A stretch of 64,000 nucleotides of DNA from Paragordius varius (Eukaryota; Animalia; Nematomorpha). The DNA is taken from contig OZ176054.1 in the NCBI GenBank assembly GCA_964247055.1, positions 10,726,001 to 10,790,000 of the forward strand. Reading direction: 5' to 3'. Made by a program: the position numbers and the translations under genes. The notes under the pieces are model-generated. The model saw only the letters and a program-made list of their open reading frames with translations. It was not told the origin of the DNA and did not search any database. Each line of letters opens with the position of its first letter. Position 1 is the first letter of the stretch. This document shows positions 1-14,300 of this stretch, in pieces.

Positions 1-1441
1 TCATGTCCCGAATTTAACGCAGACGATACCGTGGATGTGGTAGAGGGAAAGGCAGACGAAAGTTATTTAAACGGAAAACTGGATACCAACAATGACACGG
101 GCTTTTCTTCTAATTCTAATCGAGTATAAACCTATATATTTTATTAATATTCATAATATACTCATATTAAATTATTGATAGTGGAAGAATTATATATTTT
201 TAGGTTTTGTATTTATGACATTAATCTAACACTAAAATACAAACATGCCCTAGTATTCCTCGATACAAAAGATACATTAGGCATGTTTAAACCCAAATAT
301 TGGCATATATATGGAATAGCTAAAATAACGATTTTTATAAGTTGAAAACTAATTAATTTAAAATTAATTAACACAATATTTTGTTGAAAATATTTGTCAA
401 TAGTTGTGCACAAAATTTGGGTTTTATTTAAAAAATACAATTTCTCTGCGGTGTTTCTCTTTTCCCACACCTTTAGTAAACAATGTGCCCATTATAATTT
501 TACTTTATACCATAGTCAGATTATAGTATTATCTCATTCAACAATAAAAACAATATCAGCAACAGCGGCAATAACAATAATAATAATAACAACCTCATAG
601 AAAAGAAGTGTAAAAAGTTTTTTAAAAAGAAATGTAAACCGTTACCATTCAACACTAAACAAAACCATCCTGTCAATGATAGAAATAACGATAATACGTT
701 TGGGACAATCAGTGACAATGACCCCCAAGGTACAATATCAAACAATGGGAACGTCGATAAATCAAATTTTAACATGAAAAGTAGCAAGATGATTAAAATG
801 AAAAAAGGGGGGAAATCTAATTTCTCATCTTTTTTTAATCTAAATTACTTAACCTCGACCAGCAGTAGCAAAAGAAAGTTTTTAATTACCAATAGCAATA
901 ATATAAACGAATCACATCCGGGAAATTATGATGTGTCGGATAAATTAATGGTAAAACCCGTTTCCAGTTTTCTCAATAAGAATGACAACATGGCAGGTAT
1001 AGTATAAACTTTATGGGGCTACCAATATTTATTTTAATTGTGATTCATTAAAAATATGTCGAAAATTGTGATTATAAAATTGTTAAATCGTCTAATAATA
1101 TATACATATATTGTAGAATATAATTTATTTTTGACAATATAATATGGAAATTTATTTTAAAATGCCATATAGAAAAATAAATAAAAATTGCGTACGGTTT
1201 CGGACACTATAAAGGATGTCCGTCCTTAGAAAAATATAAATGGTGCAGTGACAAGGGGTTTAAACTTATTATTTTAATATAGAAGAAAACAACATAAATA
1301 TTTAAAGATAGATAAAGAACAACCATTGTCTCCACACCATTTATATTTTTTAACGCTGAGGACGGATATCCTTTATAGTGTCCGAAACCGTACGCAATTT
1401 TTATTTATTTTTTTATACGACACGTTTTTAAATAAATTTCC

Positions 1442-1481
<40 letters not shown>

Positions 1482-4123
1482 ATTGTTTTATTGTAAGAAT
1501 CAGAATCCAAGGGTACAAACCTAAATCGATGCGTAAGTTTACAACATTTCCCTGAACATGAAAATAGCCTTGAAAGCATAGACTGTGAAAACCCTACAAG
1601 CCCAAACATTCAAAAAGCCAATCCTCCTGACCATTTTAATTCATTTCAAAGCCAATCGTTAAAAAATGTATTGGGTGACAGTGAACCATCCAACATACTC
1701 CAAAGGTTAAATTCTAAGTCGCCTTCACAAGGTAATGTTGTGAGAACGGATGATAGCCCAACCAAATTAAATGCAATCCTTGATGAATATTTTAGCTCCA
1801 TTATAGACCCTTCCAAAAGCAATACTGCAATTAAAATCTCAACACATAATGAAGCTGAAGCAAAGTCAGAAAATACCGGAATGTTTTCAGAACCAAATAA
1901 ATTACCCCTACCATCAGTAGACGTTAATACACAGCTAAATTCATCAATCAACCCTTCAATAACAAGAAATACTGCTAAATCTGATACTAAAATCAACGCT
2001 GAGTTTTTGGATAATCAATCTTTAACATCATCCAACTTAAGTCTAATCGATGATGAGAAAATAAACATGACTGATAAAAATGCAATACCATTGAAAAATT
2101 CCACATTAATTAGGCCCAAGTACACGAGTCGTATTAACATAAGTAAGTAAATTATATATATTAGCTCCCCCGTAACTGCACATTTAAGCACTGTTAGCCC
2201 TTGTCAGACGATTTACCTTATAAGTACTTAATACAAATTAACTTCTTATTCTTTTAAGATAATTAAAAAGGACACTCTAACATGTATATTTTTTGTTTAT
2301 GTTTCCGATAACGAGTAAAATTATAAAAAAATAAATTTACGTTTTACCTTTTCTTTCCATTTTACATGATTTTCATTTAGTGATAGTATTTGTTGAACTG
2401 TGGATATATTTTAGATTTGGATGAAGAAATTTTTGGTGAAAAATATGATTGTAACAACAATAATAATAAAAATAAAGAAAATACGCCATACCATCATTTT
2501 CCAAACAAACTTAAGGATACGCATGTAAATCATGAATTGCTAACCGTGTTTGAAAAACGTCGAAATAAAATTTCTTCCGTCCTTCCCGTGAATCCAAACG
2601 CCCCTCTTGTCAAAACTAACTGTAGAAATGAAAATTTGAGCAATCTTACAGCCTCTGCTGAAATTTTATTGGACTGTAATGAACCCTTAAATAATTTTGA
2701 AAACAGCATAAATCATAATAATGTTGATGTAAAACCACCCATGATTGAAAAGAATAGGATAATCGTTCCCAAACAAGAGCGATTTAGATTAAGGAAAAAT
2801 ATTTATGGATATGGATCTTTGCATCATTTACAACCCAGTGATGTGGAATTATCACACATAACGCCAAACTCGCGAGATGGTATGGTACGTACACAAGAAA
2901 ATAGTAATATTAATAGGACTTATCATGATACCCTGAAACAAAATGCGTATGAAACTCAAACATTGTACCGGCAATCACACCCGCGATTTGCCAAGTACAG
3001 CAAAGAAGAAAATGGGTATCATCAAGTTGATTATCTGCACACAAATTCGATCGATAGGAAGCAATCTGGATCACTAAAAAACAAAGGCCCGCGGAAAGGT
3101 TGGACTCTACCGGAAAACGATGCATTCCATAATCAATCACAGACCACTGATCGTAGATTGAGACATAAATTTAGAAGATATGAAACGACGGACCCAGGCC
3201 AGTATCATCCATTGCACTCAAATGTAGAAGGTCAATTGGATAACGAATGGGATGAAAGGCTGGCATTGCGAAGGCCCTATCAACAAAATAATTGTCAGCC
3301 TGCTGTTTTTAGACCGAAACCACATACCAACATGCCCAAAATGCAATACAATACATATAACACAGGGAAAAATATGGATGAATATATATTACGTGAAAAG
3401 GATGAGCTGAATTTTGTACCGATAAACAGGGAGGATTTTGTCAATGAATCACTTTCGACCATGACTAAAAATATCTCCATTAATCAGAAAATTAATAAAT
3501 GCCGAGGGCCAAAACTATACAATCGTACCCAAATCCAAAGTTATTCTAGGGCGCCTTTGCAACCGAAATTAAACGGTAAGGATTATAGAAACCTGGATGT
3601 CCTTGATGATTCTGATTTAATCCACATGAGCACACCACATTTATCATATCCGGCTAAGCAAAATTTACATCAAAACTTTCACGGTGCTCCTGCTATTTAT
3701 ACAAACAAACGTCGGGCCCCTACAATTAATAATTTAACGACCTCTGACCTTATGTACGATCACCCCTCATTACACACTTTACATTACCCCGTAAACACAA
3801 CGAATTTAATTAGCTATGGTAATAGCGTAGAAAATAATCAATCTCATTCCAACACGGCATATGTGTCGAAAAATACTCCCATGTTTGACGATGAATTGAT
3901 TTTGCAACCCGGGGAACCGATATACATAACTAATCGAAAATATGATAAATTAGGTTGGTGGATGGCAGTGTCTTTGATAAGTGGGGAACGTGGGCTCGTC
4001 CCAAAACAGCATGTATCACAACAAAATGTTTCACACAATACTCATTCAAACACAGCGGATTTTGATATTGGAGACACAGAAAATTGTTACATCTACAGTC
4101 CTCCTCCAAATTTAGTGTACTAA
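1..4123 (+). CDS. 5'-partial Asn/Ser-rich low-complexity protein with C-terminal SH3-like domain
   Basis: Phase-consistent exons: <1-123, 516-996, 1498-2142, 2415-4123 (stop). They join track ORFs 774-1007, 1671-2150 and 2390-4123. The C-terminus DDELILQPGEPIYITNRKYDKLGWWMAVSLISGERGLVPKQHV matches the SH3 pattern (DEL..., GWW, GxxP). Confidence 0.75.
1143..1443. repeat. Foldback/palindromic MITE-like element in intron 2 of the SH3 gene
   Basis: Inverted arms of about 120 bp (1143-1260 vs 1321-1443) around a 60-bp spacer. The core AAAAATTGCGTACGGTTTCGGACACTATAAAGGAT is perfectly inverted. A (TA)n run follows at about 1449-1477. Confidence 0.85.
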
Positions 4124-5394
4124 AATTAATGCAAAGAAATGACAGCAAACTATATTATTTCTCGACAAAAAGAAAGGGAAAAGCGTGCGTCTACCAGTGA
4201 CTTTTTTGTAAATAGTTGATAAAATATGATTATATTATTTAAACAATAGTTATTGTCCTTATTTGATCGTCAATTATTTCAAATTATCATATATTCATCA
4301 TATATTTACCATATAAACCATTTAAAATATTAATTAATAAACTAATTATTTATTTAATCTAATTTCCAAATATAACGTGGATGTAGACACATTTATCTGA
4401 AAAATAAAAAAAACTGTATAATATTAATATCAAAACAATTATTTTTATATTATATTGAAACACACTGAAGTTTGCTAATTTTCTGAACATTTTTTTAATT
4501 AAGGTGGCTAAAGTTTTCCAAAAAATGCAAATATATGTTTTTTTCCTATAATTAAGCGGGATCAAGATTTCGTGAATTCTGATTCGCTTGGTTAATATAC
4601 GGTGGATCCCCCATCCTTACAATGAAGCGATTTTGTAATAAAATTTTTGTTTAAAATTTAATTATTTTTATTTTATTATATAATATATATTTAATTATAT
4701 TCTAAGAATATTATTTTTTGCTAATAAGGGTTGAATAATAGTTTATGGGAAGGTGTATTTAATTTTAAACGATGAAACCTTAAAAATCAAAAGCTTTATC
4801 TATATAAAGTGCTTGATGATCAAAATAAGCTAATTATTATAAGGTTTGTCTATTCAAACTTATCATGAGGGGGGTGTAAAACATAAAAATTTTATATCAA
4901 TTATGTTTAGTCCAGAAACAAATAATTTATTTTTAGGGTAAGTTTGAAGTGTTCGAGGGTGAAATTGAGGTGTGAAGGGTATATAACAAGATGTGAAACC
5001 TTTGAATGTGCTAGGAAGGATTATAGAATTCGAAAATAACAAACGCAATGTTTCTTTTTTGACCAATATAAATAGGACATATAGAGTTTACAATGTTGCT
5101 GGAAACAGCCTGGAACAGACTGTTAATAGAATTATATGAAACCAAATAACCTGGCGAAATATAATAAGAAAGAATCAGGCTCGATTTTAGATCCACAAAG
5201 TGGCATTAAATGTAAAATTGTATGATATTAAAAAGTTGATTTTTAATTTTAAAATAAGCTAACGTTCTATTTGTATACATTAAATAAAAATTATTCAACC
5301 AATTTGATTTATTTTAAAGCTTTAAGAAATTGAATATCAATTTAAATGTAAATATCATGAAATTATATTGTGTTCGTATAGGTTTAAGCGGTTA

Positions 5395-8300
5395 TTAACA
5401 ATGTTCAGTCATTCTCCAGGCATCAAAACACAATCCCTCCCTAAACATATATAATGCAAAGATTAATTATATCGTGATAGACATTTTGCCAAACGTAGTC
5501 TAATAAAATTATTTAAATTATGTTGAAGTTTTTAAACTTGTTACATTGACCGAAAAAATTCGATACCTTTTTAATATTATTTGATGGCTGATAACTTTAG
5601 TTTAAAATAATTTTTCCATTTTATTACATTGTACAACATTAAAAACAGCTGTGTAAAGGAAATCTACCCCTGATAATTAATAAATGTTGAACAGGTCATG
5701 GCTTTATAGTCTCCCTTTTAGAATTTTTAAACTCTGGGCGGCGCAACAAGCAGGTTGGTATTAAAAACGGTGTAAAATAAAGTCTGATGAAAATTAGATA
5801 TGGTTATAGGAGTCATTTTTTAATATTTAAAAACAAAATTTTATAGTCAGTTTATATAATTGTTTTCATAAGTCAAAAAATAAAACATTAAGTATCATCG
5901 CGTATAAAAATCCCATTATAATAATTAAAAAACAGTGAAAAAACTGAAAATCAAAAAAATACTGCATTTCCCTGCAACTTCGTTCTCTAACTTTGTACCC
6001 ATTTACGCATTCAGACCAGAGACTCCAAGGACCCCAAATTTGACTTTGTTTTCTGAGTATGGAAGATTTTGGTTGACATCTTCCTTGATAGCATAACTTA
6101 AATAAGGTTTAAAGAATTAGAAATTTAATTTAAATTTAATCCTATCTATAATAAATACATATTGGACTAAAGACAAAATATTTGTCAATATCCTAATAAT
6201 GACGTAGAAAAATCCTAATCAAGGGAAATTAAAATGTAATGAAGGTATATATTAATATAATATTGAAATATTTATATTATAGTAAAAATTAAAAATATAT
6301 ATTGGTAAAATGGAAAAAATTATTAAAAAATTTTTTAAGAAGGCAAACATGTTTTTAAACTTGAGTTTTAAATGGACATTGTTTTGGGTTGCGAAAGATG
6401 AAACAAAGATATACAGTATGAGTAAGTATACATTGCTAGAAAGTTACCGAATTATACTGCAACAAGAATTATTATTGGCTAATAATAGTATAAATTGAAA
6501 AAAAAACTTGTTGTATATACTATTTGGCGATAATCCATAACTTTCTAGCAATGTATACTTACTCATACTGTAAATTGTTAACACCTTAATTTTATAAGTT
6601 TATGTTAAAAAAATTTTTTCAATTATCAATACTAACTAATTATAATATATATAAATATTAACTCTATTTACATTTTCCCCTCGTAAATTCCATATTTATC
6701 ACCAATTTATATGTCAAGCAAAATTTAGTGAGATCTTTATGACCTTACCTAAAAGTGATTTTAGACAATGGTTATATGCTTAAAACAAACATATGACACT
6801 ATTCTATTAATATGCTAGAAAAACTTGCTTTTTAGATTTATAGCAGAAAATTAACTTTAAAGTCATATAAGTTGCTCAGATTAATTTTATTGATAGATAT
6901 AAATATATTTTACATTGCCATATCGAATTCCAGTCAGCATTGTACGCGTCATATTGAAGTCAAACGATAAACATGGAGTCCCTTCCATAGGTGCCGTATG
7001 TTGATCAACATTTAGATTAATGTTGCCTGATGGGATGGTACAAATTAGATTGGAACAATTCGAATTCTATTTAATAGAATAAAAATCAAATACAATTTAT
7101 TATTATTCTTAAAACTTTAACCAAGGGTGTCCAATACAAATGATTATCAGGGCCGAAGTTTCCTCTTAAAAAATTCAAAAAATATTGATCAAAATTTAAA
7201 AGTTTTAAGGACCAACTTGAAATGTTTAAGGACCAACTTGAAGTGTTAAAGGACACTCTTGAAGTGCAAATGGGATATTTAATAAACTGTTGGGATATTT
7301 CCGCCCTCAGAAAAATCTAAAATTTCAGATTCTTAATAACACTAGTCGACAAATTTGGACATTTTTGAGCACCACCACTCAAACTTTTAAATTATGACTA
7401 ATTTCAGTGTAAAACCGAATGTGAAAAAATATTTGATCCCGCCAATCAGAATTTTGAAATATTATAGGTTTTTCAATTTTTCAAAAACAAGAGAAAATCG
7501 AGAGATAATTAAATATAACTTTATAATAAAATGTTATTATATTAAAAACTTAATATCTATTAAAGCGTTTTAAACTCTATCTTTTGAATATAAATATGTC
7601 ATTTAAATATCAGTGAGAAAAAAATAGTACGGACTTAAACGTAATTTAGTCTTTTTCTTTCAAGTGAATTTTTAATACGTATAAAAAATTTTTAAAAAAA
7701 TACTAAAAAAGGGAATCTATGGTTTAAACCTTCGGCTTTCAGATAAGCTATATTTTTTGTTAGTTTTCGTTCTTTCGAGTACTTATTAGGCTTTTTCTTG
7801 AGTTGGTTCTTACAAAAAATCCTTTATTTATACCTAGTGGATATACTTTATATTTTAAAATTATTGGTTGTTTTGTATTATTAATTTCAGATGGATGTTG
7901 TGAGCCACTTTTGGTAGAATTTACTATTATGGGATTGGACCATTTGTATTTACCTAATCTTTTTATTCAATTTAATTGTAGAATTTATCAAACTTTATTC
8001 TAATTGGTTAATTTGACATGTCAATTTGCCTGGATTTTGCTTGCAAGTCTCTCTTATAGGGCTTTACGATTACTTATTGTTATTTTTGCCATATCTGGCA
8101 TAATTGGATCGCTTGGGGGATATGCAGAGCTTGTGCAGCCGCCCGGATCTATCACACTATACATAAGCTCCTTTAAGATTTTTAATACTTTGGCTCTTAG
8201 CTTGTTTAGTATCTTATTTAATGCCTAGAATTTTGTTATTCATGCATGGAATATTACTTGTATCGACTTGTTCGTTTGAATATTTAAACATATGGACACG

Positions 8301-11300
8301 AGGAATGATTGTTATTTTTAAATTAACAAATTTAAAAATTAAATTTCGGAAAAATCCTATTGGTGGCCTCAATTTTCTTTTTTGTTTTGGCCTTTCCATG
8401 CCATTAGGTATCAGAAAATGCAAAAATAATGGGGTGGTGCAAAACCTTGTTGAGCAGTGTAATTGATTTTATGAGAGAAAAATGCCGCGCTTTAATAATC
8501 ATCTCTTTGATGGATAATTTATCACTAAGAAATAAAACTGAAACCAAATTTTTAAGCTTTACCTGGACATTAATGTAAGATACGGGGTTCCCGGTTTGTA
8601 ATACACATTGCTGATCAAACAAATCGAATCCTGCCAATGGAACAGGACTTGTAGATCCTAAAGGGTCAACCATTGTTTTTAAACATCCACTTGAATTAGA
8701 ACTATTAATATCACAAAATAATTTAAGGGATGGCTATATTTTTTAAGAATAGTGTATAGCAAAACTTTTAGTTTAATAATAATTTGATTTTATGGATCAA
8801 TATAATATATAAAAATAACAGACACTAAAATGATGTCCATGTATTTGTACTAATAAATTATGGTTATGCAATTAATATCTGTTTTAATTTACCAAGGCAT
8901 TACGGGTAATACCCAGAAATATATTAAAAAAATTGTAGTTTTACAGGAGAAAAATGGAATATAATTTTAGATTCGATATAATAGACTGCTTTTTTGATAG
9001 GCTTGTTAGGATATGCTCAGGAACCGCGAAATTCTAAACTGTCAAATCGTTTTTTTCTGGAATTAAACTATTATTGTATTTAAATGCCTAATAACATTAT
9101 CGAAAATTTATGGCCCGATTTATTATACTGGAAATTTTAAAAATTAAAATTTTTAGATATATAGCCATTAATTTTATGTCGTTCGAGGGCAAAAGACTGC
9201 ATCTTTCGAGTAGTAGTTAGTCATTTTAATTAATCTGATTTAAGAAAAACGCTCTCGCGCGGGTTTGTCGCTTCATATGTCAAATATTAACTATCGATGT
9301 AAAACATCTTATTATGCATTTAAATAGAGTTTTCATTCGAATGGTATAATACAATAAAAATATACAAAATTCTTAGGTGGAATCATAATTTTTATTTGAT
9401 TTACTGTGAAAATGATAGCACATATAAGAAAATATAAACTCGAGCAGCAGAAAAATTTGTTGTCTAGTGAAATATAGGAATTTTATTCATTTTCAGGCCA
9501 TAGAAATAGCAAATTTTATGGTCTGTGTGTATGGTTTGTACTTCCAGATGATATATGCAAAATTAGGGGTAACTATCATATAAAATAAAATGCTACAAGC
9601 CAAACACACCAAGCAGCTGATTATAAATATTTTGGGTTATTTAACACTTGGATACAACACACTCATTTTAGTCCTTCGATTCAAATTGGGGTAGTTGGAT
9701 ACCCCAGGCCTGTTTAAAATCAAATCCTTTAAAAAGTATGGAAGGAATCGAAACCATGGCAAAATTTTGCACTTATATAACATTAATAAACCGAAATATA
9801 TAAAAAATTTTATTCAAAAATACTTAATATTACTTATTCTAAGCTAAAACCGAAAGGCAAAAATTTCGTCAACTTGACATGTGTCAAATTGTAAAATTAA
9901 GAAATAATACAAAACAAACCACTTTTTCTATTTCTATCAATGTTAGATGTAATTTACATAAAAAATTAGCTTTAGTTTTACCCTTAAAATTAAATGAAGA
10001 CGATATTTTGCAAAAATTTTGTAAAATAAAAATGGCGTCGAAGTAGTTTGAGATGAAACTTTTTTTTCAAAACAAAATTTTATTAAGATTGTTTGGCATA
10101 TTTGTAAAATTTTTATCAGGATAGAGGCATAAATTTAAATTTGGACTGTTTCCTTCAGTAATTTTTAAAAAATATTAATTTAAATTTAGTCTGGGGTATT
10201 TAGATACCCCAATTTGAATCGAAGTGTTAATATACTCAACATATGTGTAAATCGACTTTCCAAAAAAATTCAGCATAATTTAATTTATTAATTACCAAAG
10301 CTATTTTTTATACAAATTGTAAGAACATATGAGTTTTACTATGTCTATCTTAAAATACTATTTTGAATCCATCCATAGTAAAATTAGAATAAAGTTTTAT
10401 ATTGGGTAAACCGTATTCGTAAACAATTTAATCTTTGGATTATGTAAAATATTGTTAAAAAAGGTACCATCTATAAATATATGGATTCTGTAATGCTTAC
10501 AAAGCAAATTGGAATAGGTCTGAAACCGAACAAGTGCTCCAAATAAGTTTTTCTTTTGGAGTTGATTCAAAATGCATGATTCCTCTCTGTCCTTTTTCAA
10601 AACAATTAGTTGTGGTGGTATCATATTTGACTCCCATTCTAAAAGAAGTTATTTAATGAATATACGGAAATTATAATTTAATGGTCAGTTATGGGACTAA
10701 CCGACTCTAATATAAAATTGTTTAACTATAAGTAAAGAAAATTTATATTTTAATATCAAATATTACGAATAAGCAATTCCTCTGGCAATGTGTAGAGCAG
10801 TTTCAAGATTGAACTCCGAAATTAACATTGCATTGTATGAAGTGCACATATGATTGTAAAGAGCATAGAACGGAACTTTATAGGTGATAAAATATATAAA
10901 TAACTAAATAAGACTATTACACAGGACACACAAAACTTAATAAACATATATTATCATAGATACATCTATCAGGTTTTTTTATTTTTGCTAGGCCTACGAG
11001 TAATGTATGAAATATATTTATTTAATGTTAATTGCTCTATATCGAAAAACCGCAAAATTTGCGCGCAATTATGATCAATAAAATCTTTCAGTGAGAACAA
11101 TACATGTGTAAAACAAAACATTATAAATTTGTTTTTAGATAAGGCCTCTCCCCAAAGTCTGAAAACGCCCATATAAAATGGGCTAGGTATCCTAATTTAA
11201 ATGTAAAAATGCCTACGTTATATTAAATGTATACAAGATGGCATAGCAAACTTTTTAGTTGACACGTATTTAGATTTATCAACTCAGATCAGATATTAAA

Positions 11301-14300
11301 TAAATAAATATAATAATTTGTAAAATATTATGTTTTTTAAAGACAAACAATTCTGTGGATATAAATGTTCAGCATCATAATTATATACAATAAGTTTTTA
11401 TATAATTTTACAGCGTTTTTCTACGGCTACCTTTGGGTCAAAACAGAATGTGGTACGCTTCAACAAAATAAAGTTAATTTTTCAACAAAGTTTTGATATC
11501 ATAATCTAGCAAATATAATAAATGCCACATGGTTTTGGGTGCCCACATTTAATATATAAAAATGTCGTTTTGTTTAATATAGATATATATTTATATTTTG
11601 ATATTAAGCTTTTAGCTTTCAATTTTTTAACATATGTGCGCAAATATTGCGATTATTCGATATGGATCACACTATACCGTACCAAAAAATCCGGATATCT
11701 TTCAGAATATATATATTTCATCACTTTTTTCTGCGATTTTGTGTGCAGTTTTAGGCAAAATGTTTAATAATTTTTTTATATTTCAGTAATTATTTTCAAA
11801 TAATCGCATTATAAAATAAAAAAATACTTACACGGAGTCATGTAAAACGGTTTGCTACAAATATTGATATATTGTAAACAGAAATATTTGAATTAAGATT
11901 GTAATTATGAGAGAATAAGTTTTTGCAATCTAAGGATTTTGGACTGTTAAAGCCATATAAGCCAAATAAGTGCAATAATATTTTATGTTGCCAAACAATG
12001 GATTTTTTTTCATTGTTAATCATAAGTCAAAAATAATGCGCTATAGTATTTGGTCACAATATCTAGGCAAAATTCCTATCAGTTACTCCCAAGAATAAAG
12101 TTGATTTTAAATATGCATTTATTAGTTTTTATGGATTATAAAACAGTGTCCACTTAAAAAAAACCTGTTAAAATATATATTTTCTGATTGGAAAATGGAT
12201 CAAGATCATTGTGGTGTTTTGGCTAAGGCCCTTAAGAATGATTTAATAGGGTTATATACACTTTTGTTGTAAGGGCCCCACATCAGAAAATTGAAAAATT
12301 TTACATTTTCGCAAATAATTTTTTTGCTAGAGCTAAAAGCGAAAAAATATTACTCAAAATATATCATAACATATAAAATGCAAATTAAAATATAAAAAAG
12401 TTTAGTTTTTAAATGTATGCTTCAAAAGCTGCAAATTTTTCCGCTCTTTCTAAAATGGGATAGTTTTATTTAAATTAACCCGAAAATGCCGATATCAAGC
12501 GACGTAACGGATAAATATTGACTAAAATTATTTTTTTAAATGCGTACTAAAATTTAAATTATAAGCAAATTTGTTTGAAATTTATACTATTGTGAAGCAT
12601 GATGGAAACAGTAAATAAAGGCTTTAAAACATTATAAAACCACTTTTTCTATATAATTCGATTATGTTGAACATTTCTATCAGAATTTTGATCAAAATTA
12701 TAATTCTGTAAATTTAATAAAAAATTGTGTTGTTCTACGAAATTTCCTTAAAAGTTTTAAAGCAAACCAACCTTTTAATTAAAATTCTGATAAGTATACC
12801 TTTAATGTCTTAAAGCGTTTTTACACCGTTCCCAAAATGCATCAAAATAGTATGAAGTACGCTTTAACAAATTTTAATAAAAATTAATTTGAGAAAAGTA
12901 TGCATTTTTAGTTTACAAAAATTATAATTTAATATTTATTGCATTGCTTTGAAAGAAAACTAGCTTATAGAAGATCGAAAATTTTGGGAATTTCATACAC
13001 CCCATCTAAAAATTTTAAGAATATTGTTTTGCTTTTCTTATGCATTTTATGATATATTTTAGTGATAATTATTGGAATAAAGCATTAGCTCTTACCCAAA
13101 AATAATTTTCGATATGGAACACTTACCACAAAAATCTAAATAACTTTATTAAATCACTTGAAAACCAAAAGCAACAGAGGCGTAGCATTTCTGGCCCCGG
13201 GTGCATGAATTCGTGAGGGCGTCCCCCTCCCAACCCCTTGCATTTTAAATAAATTATTAAATTTAAACCGTGAGCCGGATGAAATGTGACCCGTCATAAA
13301 TAGAAACGCATGAAAAAAATTATGCTATTCAACCGTCTCCTTTGAAAAGACGGCTTGATTAGCAAATGTATCAGTAATAAGAGAAATAATATTAGTTTCG
13401 CCACCAAAAGTTTAAATATGAATGTTGCATAAAAGCAGTATTCTAACTGCATTCGAATGCCTGGCCCGACTAAAAAAACTTTTATTATGGCTTATTTCCG
13501 AAAAAGAGTGGCAATTCTTAGGTATTGAAAACATCAAAAAAATACCATGAAATTAAATATAAATTTTCACGAAACTGCATCCCTAGACATAAATATAGCA
13601 TATTTTATATATGATTCAGATTGATTTTTTATCGTATTATTATTATTTATGTCTTCTATTGTATGGATATTGTCGAAAAATATCTATGCGCCGTTGTTAA
13701 GCCGAAGGGTTGTTAAATTATAATTATCTAAAATTATTGCGGCCCTGTTGTTGGGTAGATGTGTTGTAAATTATTAGTATCTGAAGGTGATTTGTCGGAT
13801 TACAATTATCTGTATATTGGACCGCTGTTGTTTGCTATCATGATTATAGCATTATGCAAATTTATTGCAACCATTCTCTTATTTTATGTGGTATAATTTT
13901 CTTTTTATATTCGTTTTTTATTTTGAAACCGCTAAGTTTATGCATTCCTGATAATAATAATAATAATAATTTAAACCCATCAAGATTATCAGAGCAAACG
14001 ATTAAAATAAAACTAAAAATATTAAAGCCATAGTATAATAAAAAACGGTATTAAAACCGGAACCGTTTTAGGGTCCGGTTCCAAGTCAGTATTTTGATTT
14101 CGGTCCCTGCTCTATTTTTTAATCAAGAACCTTTATTTCCAAAATGGTTTCACTATATCTTGATCAAAAATCTTGATTTTTCTATTTTTGAGGCAACATA
14201 TAAACAATTTAAATGTTATAATGGCCATGGAAACAAACGGAATTGTTTGACTCGATTAAACTATACTAATTCACTTAGTAATATTGATATATAAGTATTT

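Noticed and set aside
1646-1996. Antisense ORFs over the SH3 gene (also 521-787 and 2910-3140)
   Set aside because: They are shadow ORFs of Asn/Ser-rich sense codons.
8004-8466. Hydrophobic plus-strand ORFs as membrane proteins
   Set aside because: They lie inside the duplicated 1.1-kb transposon, and the second copy has indels that break them.
10397-10624. Track ORF MIPPQLIV... as a gene
   Set aside because: This is the wrong frame; the overlapping frame encodes the ADAMTS-like exon MGVKYD...WSTCS.
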